Shown here in pieces: positions 40,715 through 51,138 of a stretch of DNA of 64,000 nucleotides. The notes under the pieces were generated by a model. It searched no databases. It had not been told where the DNA came from and saw only the letters and a list, made by a program, of their open reading frames with translations. The DNA is from Francisella tularensis subsp. holarctica (GTDB lineage: Bacteria > Pseudomonadota > Gammaproteobacteria > Francisellales > CACEW01), in assembly GCA_945879065.1 (NCBI GenBank), contig CAMCUU010000004.1:73-64072 (forward strand), read 5' to 3'. The translations under genes and the position numbers were made by a program. Positions within the stretch are counted from its first letter, which is position 1; every line of letters starts with the position of its first letter.

Positions 40715-42706
40715 TTAACTACAAGTCCCCAGTTTCTTCCTCTGATTTTTTAAATCTTCCACGGCTTCTGGATTTGCCAAAGTGGATAAATCTCCCAGTT
40801 GGTCTAGCTCTCCAGCGGCTATTTTTCTTAAAATTCTGCGCATGATTTTTCCAGATCTTGTTTTAGGCAGCTGAGGCGCCCATTGGATTAAATCAATAGT
40901 CACAACCGGTCCGATGGTCTTTCTGACATGGGTTATTAAAGTTTTAATTAAATCATCACTCGGGCTTTCTCCGTCCATTAAGGTCACATAGGCGTAGATT
41001 CCTTCGCCCTTGATTTCATGCGGGAAGCCAACGACCGCCGCTTCAGCGACTGTGGGATGTAAAACCAAAGCACTTTCAATTTCAGCGGTGCTTAAACGAT
41101 GTCCCGACACATTGATCACATCATCCATGCGGCCACCGATCCAGATATCACCGTCTTGATCTCTGCGGGCGCTGTCTCCACTGAAGTAATAGCCTGGATA
41201 AGTTTTAAAATAAGCTGAAATCAATCTTTCAGGATTGTTATAAATCGTTTTTAACATGCCGGGCCAAGGGTGTTTAATACATAAAGCGCCTTCACCCTCG
41301 CCTTCTATTATTTTCCCTTGGCTGTCTAGTAAGACGGGCAAAATACCTAAAAAAGCCCTCTGGGCGCAGCCAGGTTTTTGTTTGTTTATTTCTCTCGGCG
41401 GCGCCAACATAAATCCACCCGTTTCAGTCTGCCACCAGGTGTCCATGATGGGGCATTGTTTATTTCCCACTTGATTAAAAAACCAGAGCCAGCATTCGGG
41501 ATTAATTGGCTCTCCGACGCTGCCTAAGATTCTTAAACTAGATCTTTTGGTATTTTTCAAAGGCTCATCGCCGGCTTTCATTAAGGCTCTTAAAGCCGTT
41601 GGGGCGGTATAGAAAATACTGACCTGGTGCTTATCGATAATTTCCCAAAATCGGGAATAGCTGGGATAAGTCGGGATGCCCTCGAAAATAACCGTCGTCG
41701 TGCCATTGGCAAGTGGCCCGTAAGTGACATAAGAATGCCCCGTGATCCAGCCGACATCCGCCGTTGACCAGTAAATATCTTGAGGGTTTAAATCAAAAAT
41801 AACTTTATGAGACAGGGCTGCGAATAATAAATATCCCCCAGTACTGTGAACCACGCCCTTAGGTTTTCCAGTAGACCCCGAGGTATATAAAATAAACAGC
41901 GGGTCTTCAGATTTCATGGGTTCTGGGGGGCAGGAAATAGCCTGCTGGGGAATTAAATTTTTATAGTCAAAATCTCTGTTTGTCACCCACGAATTTTTTA
42001 AGCTTTCTAGATTTTCTAGGTTTTCTAGATTTTTATTTTTAATCACCAGAACCGTGCTGACTTCGGGATTTTTAGGATTATTGGCAGAAATAGGTAAATT
42101 ATTTAAGGCCTCGTCGATATTAGATTTAAACCCAATAGTTTTTCCCCCGCGAAAGCCATAATCAGCGGTAATAATACAAGTCGCCTCGCAATCTAAAACG
42201 CGATCTCTAATAGAGCTGGGAGAAAAGCCGCCAAAGATCACAGAGTGAACCAGGCCTAGTCTTGCGCAGGCCAGCATAGAGATCACTGCCTCTGGAATCA
42301 TGGGTAAATAAATACAGACCCGATCCCCTTTTTTTAAGCCCCTGGATTTTAAAAAATTAGCGAGCTGACAGACCTGTTGATATAAATTTTTAAAACTGAT
42401 TTTTTGAGAATTTTTTGGGTCATCGCCTTCAAAAATCAACGCTATTTTTTCTGCATTTTTTTCAAGATGTCGGTCTAGGCAATTCACACTGGCGTTTAAA
42501 ATTCCATCTTCGAACCAGTGAATATTTTGAATGCTGTCTTGATTTAAATTCTGTGACACTGCTTCTGAAATTATTTTTTCTGGAAACTTGATCCAGTCTA
42601 ATATTTTGGCTTGCTCTGCCCAGAATTTTTGGGGGTTATTAATAGATTCTTGATATTGAATTTGGTGCTGGGTATCGAAATTATTTTGGGTCATATTTTG
42701 GGTCAT
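40715..42706 (-). CDS. acs: Acetyl-CoA synthetase
   Basis: 663 aa. 'YTSGSTGKPKG' AMP-binding motif, 'MDDVINVSGHR', C-terminal 'LPKTRSGKIMRR'. The start codon unit is duplicated (MTQN x2). Confidence 0.93.
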   Translation of the reverse strand: MTQNMTQNNFDTQHQIQYQESINNPQKFWAEQAKILDWIKFPEKIISEAVSQNLNQDSIQNIHWFEDGILNASVNCLDRHLEKNAEKIALIFEGDDPKNSQKISFKNLYQQVCQLANFLKSRGLKKGDRVCIYLPMIPEAVISMLACARLGLVHSVIFGGFSPSSIRDRVLDCEATCIITADYGFRGGKTIGFKSNIDEALNNLPISANNPKNPEVSTVLVIKNKNLENLENLESLKNSWVTNRDFDYKNLIPQQAISCPPEPMKSEDPLFILYTSGSTGKPKGVVHSTGGYLLFAALSHKVIFDLNPQDIYWSTADVGWITGHSYVTYGPLANGTTTVIFEGIPTYPSYSRFWEIIDKHQVSIFYTAPTALRALMKAGDEPLKNTKRSSLRILGSVGEPINPECWLWFFNQVGNKQCPIMDTWWQTETGGFMLAPPREINKQKPGCAQRAFLGILPVLLDSQGKIIEGEGEGALCIKHPWPGMLKTIYNNPERLISAYFKTYPGYYFSGDSARRDQDGDIWIGGRMDDVINVSGHRLSTAEIESALVLHPTVAEAAVVGFPHEIKGEGIYAYVTLMDGESPSDDLIKTLITHVRKTIGPVVTIDLIQWAPQLPKTRSGKIMRRILRKIAAGELDQLGDLSTLANPEAVEDLKNQRKKLGTCS

Positions 42707-42828
42707 GAAAGATGCTTAGAAATATAAAAATAAGAGCGGGGAGTTATAACGTAAGTTTTGAATTTTTGAAGTGGGCGGGTTAAAAAAATAGTGGTTTATA
42801 AGGGCTTATAAGGGATTTTTAATAGCGG

Positions 42829-44306
42829 TTAGTCAATAAATAAGTGATCGAGGGTCACTAAGTGATTAACTAATTCTTCGGAGTAGATGCTTTTTTTCAG
42901 TCCTGCGGCTGAAATCAGCGCTAGGAATAATTGCTTAGTGGTTTTGGTTCGCTCTCTAAAAACTTCCATTTTTTGAGTCAAATTTTTTGCATAAGCTTTA
43001 TCAATTGAGAAGGGGCTTTCTGTATATTTTATTTCACAGAGTGTGATTGCATCGTCATCTCGGTCAAACAGCAAATCAATTTGGGCGCCCTGATCAGTGC
43101 TGTTTTTCTTTGGAATATAACGCCAGGTTCCTGGGACTGAACTTGCGCTAATTCCCAGCGCTTGCGCAATATGCATCGAGTGTTTATGGCAGAGAGATTC
43201 AAACGCATATCCAGACCAGGCACGCCATTCAGGTGTGAGTTTTCTTTTTTCCCAATAGTGTTGCCCAAGGCCTTTGGAGCTTAAAATATTTCCAAGTGGC
43301 GCAAGCCAGGCAAAATAAAACAGGGTGTATTCATCAATTATTTTATAATAAGTCCCTTTTTCTTTATGGCCATAAGGCGTGAAGCTCATGATGAAGCCAC
43401 AGATTTCAAGGGATTTTAATTTGCTTAAAGTGCCTTGGCCTTTGGGGATTTTTAGTGTTTCAAAAAGAGCAGCTTGTCCCATGCCTAAAGGCTGAGCAGC
43501 CAGTATTTTTAAGATGTTTAAATAAGCTTCAACATCGTCGAAAAGAGAAGAAAATAATTTATCAAACTCAGAAAATAAAAAGCTGTTTTTAGAAAAAGCG
43601 ATTTCATCAATGTTTTGATCAATAGAGGCGTTGGAATTTAATTGGGCTAAGTAATGAGGCACGCCCCCGGTGATCATATAAACCTGAGTCACTTGGCGAT
43701 GATTAATCTTAAATCCAAGATGGCTCAAAAATTTTCGGGTTTCACCGAGTGTAAAAGGCTCCAGCTGCAAGGTGTAAGTCACGCGGTTATGCAAGCCCCC
43801 TTTGTTATAAATAATTTTATCGATGATCCAAGAGGCTGAAGATCCGCAAATAATGAGCTTGATACGATCGTCATTGGACCAGTGTTGATTCCAGTAATAA
43901 TCCAATGTTTCTAGCAGCTTGGAATTTTTGCTTGCCATCCAGGGAAACTCATCCAGGAATAAAACAATTTTTTTGGTCTTATAAATTTTCTTTGTTTGCT
44001 CAATAACGTCCGTCAGTAGCTTAAAAACTTCTTCCCAAGAAGTTCCTGCTTTTGGAGTCATGCCATTAAAAAAAGAGCGGCCGATTTGTTCTGAAAAATG
44101 CTTAGTTTGATCTTCTAGTTTTCCTTCTTTCATGCCAGTGGCATTGAAGAATAGGTTTTTGCTGTTTTCAAAATATTGTCTGATTAAATAAGTTTTGCCG
44201 ATTCGTCTTCGACCATAAATTCAGCTTTTCCAGAGTTTAAAAATTGAGATAATTTCTGTTTTTCTTTTTCCCGTCCGATAATATTTCGCGTATTTTTAAT
44301 GGCCAT
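42829..44306 (-). pseudogene. AAA-type ATPase with DUF234-like C-terminus, disrupted by a 1-nt frameshift just before the Walker A motif
   Basis: ATG 44306 opens 'MAIKNTRNIIGREKEKQKLSQFLNSGKAEF' and stops after 40 codons. A frame shifted by 1 nt reads 'IYGRRRIGKTYLIRQYFENSKNLFFNATGMKEGK' continuous with the 434-aa ORF. Paralog of 58171-59598. Confidence 0.75.
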
Positions 44307-44455
44307 GATTTTAATATCTTATTGAAATTTAAAAATTATTTATTTTTTAAATCATACTCCATAAAGAACTTCATTTCAATTTTTCAAAACGAAGTTCTTG
44401 GTGGAGTCTAGCTCCAGCTGGAACTTCATTTTTATTTTTAAAATTAGTTTTATGT

Positions 44456-44520
44456 AAAATTGCTAGAGCTCTAGTAATTTTGCCATGTGTTTTTACTAGA
44501 GCTCTAGCAATTTTGCATGG
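44456..44520. promoter_or_regulatory. Two copies of the 12-bp perfect palindrome CTAGAGCTCTAG, each followed by AATTTTGC, 33 bp apart; candidate operator pair
   Basis: Palindromes at 44463-44474 and 44496-44507 read directly. Flanks extend copy 1 to about 26 bp. Confidence 0.45.
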
Positions 44521-44706
44521 TTCTCTCATTTTCCAGTCTGGGCGATTAGTTAATCAATCATTAGATTTAGTTATCTCAATAAAGCACTGATTTTCTCCAG
44601 GTGTTTTTTTTATTTTTTTTAAACTTTGTGCGTCGATGTGCGTCGAGTGACAATCTAAGAATTGCTCTGTAATGTCGAGCCTTTTTTAGCATTGCGAGAT
44701 TTTTTT

Positions 44707-44895
44707 ATGGGAAATTATGTTGATAAAAATAGAAGTGATGTTGATGATTTAAAGATCAATAGCGATATGTTTTTTCATGATCTTGCTGATTGGTCTGATC
44801 CAAAGATTATTAGATTAGCAACAGAAAAAACACTGGGCGGGTTGAACGGTAATCCAGAAACAACAGGTTTGGCTTTAGTGGAATCAGGGGGTTAA
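44707..44895 (+). CDS. Hypothetical small protein (62 aa from ATG 44707)
   Basis: ORF immediately upstream of the 44900 gene. No family recognised. Confidence 0.4.
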   Translation: MGNYVDKNRSDVDDLKINSDMFFHDLADWSDPKIIRLATEKTLGGLNGNPETTGLALVESGG

Positions 44896-44899
44896 GAGC

Positions 44900-45457
44900 A
44901 TGGTAATCAGAAATTTTAATTTAAAAAATTTATTAAAAATTGGCTTTGTGGGCATGGGTATGTTTGCTGCGCAGAGCTTTGCTTCTGCCTCACCAGTTCA
45001 CTCACAGGCTAATCCAATGCCTTTGGTGATGAGTGATCATTTGCTGGGCTTGTATCCTTCTGCTGGGACACTGGTTGTGGACAATCAAGGTGCTCAATCA
45101 GTGCAAAGTGCTCAAGTGCAGCTTATCGGGTATTCTGATGATAATTGCACTGCATTTGTAGGTGGGTTCACGACTCCTTTTCCTGGGAATGCGATTACGT
45201 GGACGCCTCGGACTTACAGTATCATGGCAGCATCAGTTTATTTGTATTTTTCAGCTCCGAGCCTTGGAAATATGAGCATTGAGGAACTTCAAAGTGTTCA
45301 AAGTTTGCACTTTATCCCAGTAATGCACGTGGATCCTACTTTTGTATTCAATCCAAGTAGTCCTTGTTTTAAAATTCATTGTGATACTGACAACCTTGTA
45401 TGCACTGCGGCCAATGATGCAATGCCACAAACCGTCTCTTTAATTAACGCAGGTTAA
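44900..45457 (+). CDS. Hypothetical secreted protein
   Basis: Signal peptide 'GMFAAQSFASA/SP'. Several Cys residues. 185 aa. Confidence 0.55.
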   Translation: MVIRNFNLKNLLKIGFVGMGMFAAQSFASASPVHSQANPMPLVMSDHLLGLYPSAGTLVVDNQGAQSVQSAQVQLIGYSDDNCTAFVGGFTTPFPGNAITWTPRTYSIMAASVYLYFSAPSLGNMSIEELQSVQSLHFIPVMHVDPTFVFNPSSPCFKIHCDTDNLVCTAANDAMPQTVSLINAG

Positions 45458-45507
45458 TCTGCTTAATTTTTAATTTAACCAGCCCATTCCAGCCCGGCAC
45501 TCCTCCA

Positions 45508-45523
45508 TGTTAAGATGCGCGGC
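45508..45523 (+). promoter_or_regulatory. Extended -10 promoter-like motif TGtTAAGAT + gcgcggc upstream of the Rrf2-suf operon
   Basis: Exact member of the recurrent motif. Confidence 0.5.
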
Positions 45524-45559
45524 CATACAGCACTGACTTGGTACTAGTTAAATTAAACC

Positions 45560-45988
45560 ATGCTAAAAATTTCCCGTCTGGCCGATTACGCCTCTGTGAT
45601 CATGCGCGAGTTAGCTGGGGCACAAGACCAGCCCCAGAGCGCTTTTGAGATTTCAGAACGCACGCATATTGCGCTCCCGACTGTCAGAAAGATTTTAAAA
45701 TTATTACAAAACGCAGGCCTACTTAATTCTACAAGAGGCCAGGTGGGTGGCTATCAGCTCGCCCAATCTCCAGCTCAAATTAACTTAGTAAATATCATTG
45801 AAGCCATTGATGGGCCGATTGCGCTCACACACTGCAATTTAAAAAATAACTGCGCTCATGAGCATAATTGCGGCATGAAACAAGACTGGCAGCTGATTAA
45901 TCAAATTATTAAAAACGCCCTGGGAAAAAATACATTAGCCCAGTTGTGTGGTGGTTTAACTAATGGCTTAGAGCGAGGAATAAATTAA
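45560..45988 (+). CDS. Rrf2-family Fe-S-binding transcriptional regulator (IscR-like)
   Basis: N-terminal wHTH 'ISERTHIALPTVRKILKLLQNAGLL'. Cys cluster 'CNLKNNCAHEHNC'. Confidence 0.82.
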   Translation: MLKISRLADYASVIMRELAGAQDQPQSAFEISERTHIALPTVRKILKLLQNAGLLNSTRGQVGGYQLAQSPAQINLVNIIEAIDGPIALTHCNLKNNCAHEHNCGMKQDWQLINQIIKNALGKNTLAQLCGGLTNGLERGIN

Positions 45989-47437
45989 TTGGATAAGAAT
46001 TTAAATAAAATTTTAGAAAAAAATAAAAATTACGAGCCGGGTTTTATTACCCATATTGAATCTGAGACCTTGCCGCCAGGTCTAGATGAAAGTGTTATTC
46101 GATTTATTTCTGAGAAAAAGAAAGAACCTGAATTTATGCTGGCTTGGCGGCTTAAAGCATTTGAGCTCTGGAAAAAAATGCCTGAGCCTGAGTGGGCGGA
46201 TTTAAAAATTGAGAAGATTAATTATCAAGAAATTAGTTATTACTCAGCGCCGAAAAATAATGAGAAAAATAAGCTGAAGTCTTTAGATGAAGTGGATCCG
46301 AAATTATTAGAGACCTATCAAAAACTAGGGATTCCTCTGCATGAGCAAAAAATATTTGCAGGAGTTGCTGTGGACGCTGTTTTTGATTCAGTCTCTGTTG
46401 CCACCACTTTTAAAGAAAAATTATTAGAAGCCGGGGTGATTTTTTGTCCTATCTCTGAGGCGCTGCAAAAATATCCCGAATTAGTTCAGAGCTATTTGGG
46501 TTCGGTGGTCCCTCAAAGTGATAATTTTTTCGCGGCTTTAAATTCGGCGGTGTTTAGCGATGGGTCTTTTGTATTTATCCCCAAAGGGGTGCGATGCCCC
46601 ATGGAGCTATCTACTTATTTTAGAATTAACGAGGCTAAAACAGGCCAGTTTGAACGGACTTTGATTATTGCTGAAGAAGGCAGTTATGTGAGCTATCTCG
46701 AAGGCTGTACGGCGCCTATGCGAGACGAGAATCAATTACATGCAGCAGTGGTTGAGATTGTTTGTTTAAAAGACGCGGTAGTTAAATATTCGACGGTTCA
46801 AAATTGGTACCCTGGAGACGAAGAAGGTCGTGGGGGGATTTATAACTTTGTGACTAAACGTGGTGCTTGTCGCGGTGAAAATTCGAAGATTTCTTGGACG
46901 CAAATAGAGACAGGATCTGCCATTACTTGGAAATACCCGTCGGTTGTTTTGCAGGGTGATAATTCTGTCGGTGAATTTTACTCGGTAGCCCTTGCGGCCA
47001 GATGCCAGCAGGCGGATACGGGGACGAAGATGATTCACTTAGGGAAAAATACAAAAAGTACGATTATTTCAAAAGGCATTTCAGCGTCTCGCGGTCACAA
47101 TGCTTATAGAGGGCTGGTCCGCATGGGGCCTGGCGCTCAAAACGCTCGAAATCATACCCAGTGTGATTCTTTATTGATTGGCGATTTATGCAGTGCGCAT
47201 ACTTATCCCTATATCGAAGTGAAAAATAAAACGGCCATTGTTGAGCATGAGGCCAGTACTTCTAAGATTTCTGAAGACCAGTTGTTTTATTGCTTGTCCA
47301 GAGGGATCAAAGAAGAAGATGCCGTGGCTTTAATCGTCAATGGATTTTGTAAGCAGGTCTTTGAAGTTTTGCCCATGGAATTTGCCGTCGAAGCGCGGAA
47401 ATTACTGGAAGTCAGCTTGGAAGGCGCAGTGGGTTAA
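45989..47437 (+). CDS. sufB: Fe-S cluster assembly scaffold SufB
   Basis: 482 aa. Conserved 'TVQNWY', '[21 protein letters not shown]'. TTG start abutting the Rrf2 stop. Confidence 0.92.
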   Translation: MDKNLNKILEKNKNYEPGFITHIESETLPPGLDESVIRFISEKKKEPEFMLAWRLKAFELWKKMPEPEWADLKIEKINYQEISYYSAPKNNEKNKLKSLDEVDPKLLETYQKLGIPLHEQKIFAGVAVDAVFDSVSVATTFKEKLLEAGVIFCPISEALQKYPELVQSYLGSVVPQSDNFFAALNSAVFSDGSFVFIPKGVRCPMELSTYFRINEAKTGQFERTLIIAEEGSYVSYLEGCTAPMRDENQLHAAVVEIVCLKDAVVKYSTVQNWYPGDEEGRGGIYNFVTKRGACRGENSKISWTQIETGSAITWKYPSVVLQGDNSVGEFYSVALAARCQQADTGTKMIHLGKNTKSTIISKGISASRGHNAYRGLVRMGPGAQNARNHTQCDSLLIGDLCSAHTYPYIEVKNKTAIVEHEASTSKISEDQLFYCLSRGIKEEDAVALIVNGFCKQVFEVLPMEFAVEARKLLEVSLEGAVG

Positions 47438-47469
47438 AAAAATTAAATATATAAATAGGTCAAAACAAA

Positions 47470-48246
47470 ATGCTAAAAATTAATAATCTCCACGCCTCTG
47501 TGAATTTAAATAATGCCAATCAAGCTAAAAAAATTCTGAAGGGCTTAAATTTAAATATTAATCCCGGCGAAGTTCACGCCATCATGGGCCCGAATGGTTC
47601 TGGAAAGACGACTTTGGCGAATGTCTTATCTGGAAGACCTGGTTTTGATATTACAGAAGGGTCTGTTGAATTTAATGGGCAGGATTTATTAAAACTTTCT
47701 CCAGCAGAGAGGGCTTGGGCCGGGGTGTTTTTGGCTTTTCAATATCCGGTTGAGATACCCGGCGTGAATAATTTGTATTTTTTAAAAGCGGCTTTGAATG
47801 CCAAGCGAAAATCTCAGAATTTAGATCCCATGGATGCCATTGATTTTATGGCCTGGGCAAAATCTAAGATGGCTGTTTTATCCATGGATAAAAGTTTTCT
47901 AGAGCGCAGTGTGAATGCTGGTTTTTCAGGCGGTGAGAAAAAACGCAATGAGATTTTCCAGATGTTAGTTTTAGAACCTAGTTTAATTATCTTGGACGAG
48001 ACGGATTCGGGCTTAGATATTGATGCGCTCCAGATAGTCTCTAAAGGCGTAAATGAGCTAAGAAGCCCAGACAGAAGTTTTATTGTGATTACCCACTATC
48101 AGAGATTATTAGATTATATAAAACCCGATTTTGTTCATGTTTTATCTAATGGCCAGATTATTAAATCGGGGGATAAAAATTTAGCTCTGGAATTAGAAGA
48201 AAAAGGCTATGGCTGGCTTTTAGATAACCAGCTGGGTGAAAAATAG
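47470..48246 (+). CDS. sufC: Fe-S cluster assembly ATPase SufC
   Basis: Walker A 'GPNGSGKTT', 'FSGGEKKRNEI', 'LDETDSGLD'. Confidence 0.93.
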   Translation: MLKINNLHASVNLNNANQAKKILKGLNLNINPGEVHAIMGPNGSGKTTLANVLSGRPGFDITEGSVEFNGQDLLKLSPAERAWAGVFLAFQYPVEIPGVNNLYFLKAALNAKRKSQNLDPMDAIDFMAWAKSKMAVLSMDKSFLERSVNAGFSGGEKKRNEIFQMLVLEPSLIILDETDSGLDIDALQIVSKGVNELRSPDRSFIVITHYQRLLDYIKPDFVHVLSNGQIIKSGDKNLALELEEKGYGWLLDNQLGEK

Positions 48247-48262
48247 GGTGGATCATAAATTC

Positions 48263-49342
48263 ATGAAAAAATTAGAAGCCTGGAAATATACCCGTCTCCC
48301 TGATGATTTTTCCGAAAAAATAGCGGAATCAGAAAAAAACAGGTGTAGGGGCGAATCTTGTATTCGCCCGCTGTCCGCTCTGGATGGCTTAGTGATTAAG
48401 AAATTAGAAAATTTAAATCCCCAAGAACAAGATGTTTATTTAAACAATAATTTTGGTTTTGAATTAAATCCCAAAGAGCATCCACTGGCCTGTTTAAATA
48501 AAAGTGAGCTGGGATATTTAATAGAGATTCCAGATAATTTAATTATAAAAAAACACCTGGAGATTTTAATACAGACGGGCGTTTCCAGGGTGTTTATTAA
48601 GCTTGGAAAAAACAGTGAATTAAATATTTTAGAAAAATTAGATTTAAATAATAATTTTTATTCCAGCCATCTGACTTTTTGTGAAATAGGCGAAGGGGCA
48701 AGATTAAATTATTTAAAACTAGTGGGTGAATTAGAAAGCGATTTAAATAATCTTTGTGAAGTCTCTGGGCTGCATGTCAGGCAGCTGGAAAACAGTGTTT
48801 TTAATCCCTGTGTGTTTGGGCTTAATTTAAAAAATAATAAAAATTATAAAAATAATAGTAAAAGCCGCTTTGATTTAAATATTGATTTAATGGGCCCTGG
48901 GGCCAGTTGTGAGATTTTGGGTGGGTATTATTTAAAAGCTAAAAATCATTTTGATTGGCACACCGTGGTGAATCACAAGGCCTCGCATACCAAGTCAAAT
49001 ATCTTGGCCAAGGGCTTATTAGACGACTATTCGACGGGTGTTTTTTATGCCAAAGCCCAGGCCGATGCTGGAGTGCTTGATATTGAAGCCCATCAGAAGA
49101 ATCAGAATATTTTATTGTCTGATTTTGCCAGTATTTATACCCAGCCGGTTTTAAATATTTACACCAGTGGGATCAGCTGTACGCATGGCGCGACGGTGGG
49201 AGAGCTAGACCCTGCGGCCGTATTTTATTTGCAGAGTCGAGGGATTGCAGAATCTGAGGCGAGGGAAATGTTAATTCATGGGTTTTTAAATTCGGTGATT
49301 TTAGAAATTAAAAATCAAGAGTGGCGAGATTTATTAATATGA
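48263..49342 (+). CDS. sufD: Fe-S cluster assembly protein SufD
   Basis: C-terminal 'THGATVGELDPAAVFYLQSRGI'. Start ATG 48263 or GTG 48236. Contains the REP-like 25-mer in-frame. Confidence 0.85.
   Translation: MKKLEAWKYTRLPDDFSEKIAESEKNRCRGESCIRPLSALDGLVIKKLENLNPQEQDVYLNNNFGFELNPKEHPLACLNKSELGYLIEIPDNLIIKKHLEILIQTGVSRVFIKLGKNSELNILEKLDLNNNFYSSHLTFCEIGEGARLNYLKLVGELESDLNNLCEVSGLHVRQLENSVFNPCVFGLNLKNNKNYKNNSKSRFDLNIDLMGPGASCEILGGYYLKAKNHFDWHTVVNHKASHTKSNILAKGLLDDYSTGVFYAKAQADAGVLDIEAHQKNQNILLSDFASIYTQPVLNIYTSGISCTHGATVGELDPAAVFYLQSRGIAESEAREMLIHGFLNSVILEIKNQEWRDLLI
48345..48369 (+). repeat. REP-like hairpin copy b, in-frame inside sufD
   Basis: Identical to 38871-38895. Translated as 'CRGESCIRP'. 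Confidence 0.9.
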
Positions 49343-50568
49343 AAAATTTAAAACCAGATTTTGATATTTTTAAGCAAAAAATTTTTGGTAAAGATTTAGT
49401 TTATTTAGATACGGCAGCGTCAGCGCAGAAGCCCAGAATAGTTCTAGAAGCCATGGATGATTTTTATACGAATAATTATTCAAATATTCATAGGGGTGTT
49501 CATAGCTTGTCTGTTCGAGCGACGGATTTGTATGAAAAAGCCCGAGAGAGAGTGAAAGATTTTATTGGCGCTGAAGATTCTAGAAGTATTGTTTTTACCA
49601 AAGGGACGACGGAAGGTTTAAATCTTTTAGCCCAAAGTTTGAGTTTAACTATTTTAAAACCTGGAGATCGGGTTGTATTAACCCGCATGGAACATCATTC
49701 GAATATTGTGCCTTGGCAAATGATGCGAGAAAGATTTGGGATTGAGCTGGATGTCTGGGAGATTAATTTAAATGGTGAGCTGGATTTAAAAAATCTAGAA
49801 AAATTATTAACGCCTCGGACTAGGTTAATTTCCATGGCGCCTATTTCAAATGTTTTGGGATTAAAAAACCCAGTGAGAGAAGTAATCAAATTAGCGCGTG
49901 AGAAAGATATTTTAGTGTGCTTAGACGCCGCGCAGTCTGTGGGTTATTTATCTCATGAAGAATTAAATATGAAAGAATTAGACTCTGATTTCTTAGTGTT
50001 TTCAGGGCATAAATTATATGGGCCGACGGGGATTGGGGTTTTATATATTAAGAAAAACTGGCTGGAAGAATTAAGCCCCGTCTTTGGGGGTGGCAGCATG
50101 ATTGAGACTGTTAGTTTTGAGAAGACGACTTATGCAAAGGCGCCCTTGAAATTTGAAGCAGGAACACCGCCGATCGCGGAGGCTATTGGATTAGCCGCGG
50201 CGATGGATTATCTGGATGGTTTAAATTTTGCAGAGTTAATTAAGCAAGAGCATGACTTAACTCAAAGGGCTCTGGATATTTTAAAAAATATTTCTGGGAT
50301 AAAAATTTATGGCGAGAGTGAAAATAATAAAAATAAAATTGGCGTGATTAGTTTTAATGTTGAGCAGATTCATGCCCATGATTTAGGGACTTTATTAGAT
50401 CAAGAGGGCATAGCGATTAGAGCCGGGCATCATTGTGCGATGCCCTTGATGAATTTTTATGGGGTCCCAGCGATGAGCCGGATGTCTTTAGGAATTTATA
50501 ATGATCTGGAAGATATTGAAAAATTGGCAGCTGGAATAATCAAAGCTAAAAAAATATTTGGAGTGTGA
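49339..50568 (+). CDS. sufS: Cysteine desulfurase SufS (class II)
   Basis: ATGA overlap with sufD. 'FSGHKLYGPTGIG' PLP-lysine region. 'RAGHHCA' active-site Cys. Confidence 0.92.
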   Translation: MKNLKPDFDIFKQKIFGKDLVYLDTAASAQKPRIVLEAMDDFYTNNYSNIHRGVHSLSVRATDLYEKARERVKDFIGAEDSRSIVFTKGTTEGLNLLAQSLSLTILKPGDRVVLTRMEHHSNIVPWQMMRERFGIELDVWEINLNGELDLKNLEKLLTPRTRLISMAPISNVLGLKNPVREVIKLAREKDILVCLDAAQSVGYLSHEELNMKELDSDFLVFSGHKLYGPTGIGVLYIKKNWLEELSPVFGGGSMIETVSFEKTTYAKAPLKFEAGTPPIAEAIGLAAAMDYLDGLNFAELIKQEHDLTQRALDILKNISGIKIYGESENNKNKIGVISFNVEQIHAHDLGTLLDQEGIAIRAGHHCAMPLMNFYGVPAMSRMSLGIYNDLEDIEKLAAGIIKAKKIFGV

Positions 50569-50582
50569 GGGGTATGAATTAA

Positions 50583-51044
50583 ATGAGCGAATATCATGAG
50601 TTATATCAACAGGTGATTATTGATCATGGGAGAAACCCCAGAAATTTTCGTGAAATAGAAAACCCAGAGATTAAAAAAATCGGTCATAACCCGCTCTGTG
50701 GGGATAAGTTAATTTTGTTTTTAAAATTAGAAAATAATTGTATTAAAGACATTAGTTTTAAAGGCGAGGGCTGTGCCATCTCTATGGCTTCAGCGTCTTT
50801 AATGACAGAGAGTTTAAAAAATAAAAAAATAGAAGAAGGTCTGGATTTATTTGAGCAAGTGCATGAGATGTTGCTGGGTAAAAATTCAGAAAATTTAGAG
50901 TTAGAGCAATTAGAAAAATTGGGGAAATTAAAAGTATTAGCTGGAGTTTCAGCGTATCCAGCGAGAGTCAAATGCGCGTCTTTGGCCTGGCAATGTTTAA
51001 AAGCAGGATTAGAGGGTCAAGATCAAGAGATAAGAACAGAGTAA
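50583..51044 (+). CDS. sufU: SufU-type (NifU N-terminal-like) sulfur acceptor/scaffold
   Basis: 'HGRNPRNF', 'NPLCGDKL', 'GEGCAISMASASLM', 'ARVKCASLAW'. Confidence 0.85.
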   Translation: MSEYHELYQQVIIDHGRNPRNFREIENPEIKKIGHNPLCGDKLILFLKLENNCIKDISFKGEGCAISMASASLMTESLKNKKIEEGLDLFEQVHEMLLGKNSENLELEQLEKLGKLKVLAGVSAYPARVKCASLAWQCLKAGLEGQDQEIRTE

Positions 51045-51070
51045 ATATAAAAAAGTAAATATAAAAAACG

Positions 51071-51096
51071 GGAGGGGCGAATCTTGTATTCGTCCC
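51071..51096 (+). repeat. REP-like hairpin copy c (GGAGGGGCGAATcttgtATTCGTCCC), intergenic sufU/sufA
   Basis: Read directly. Confidence 0.85.
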
Positions 51097-51138
51097 TTAA
51101 AAAATTTTATAAAAATATTTAAAAGTGGTGAAATAAAA

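Noticed and set aside
40552-40845. 97-aa ORF containing 'WIPAFAGMT'
   Set aside because: It is translated straight through the GC-rich double-hairpin repeat and into the antisense of the acs 3' end. This is a known type of repeat-derived artefact.
44707-44895. Small protein ending in '...VESGG' (C-terminal di-glycine, reminiscent of ubiquitin-like/ThiS/MoaD proteins or of a double-glycine leader)
   Set aside because: The sequence shows no beta-grasp-like pattern I can recognise. There is no E1-like, JAMM or C39-peptidase gene nearby, and the GG is directly followed by a stop, so it is not a leader. Most likely a coincidence.
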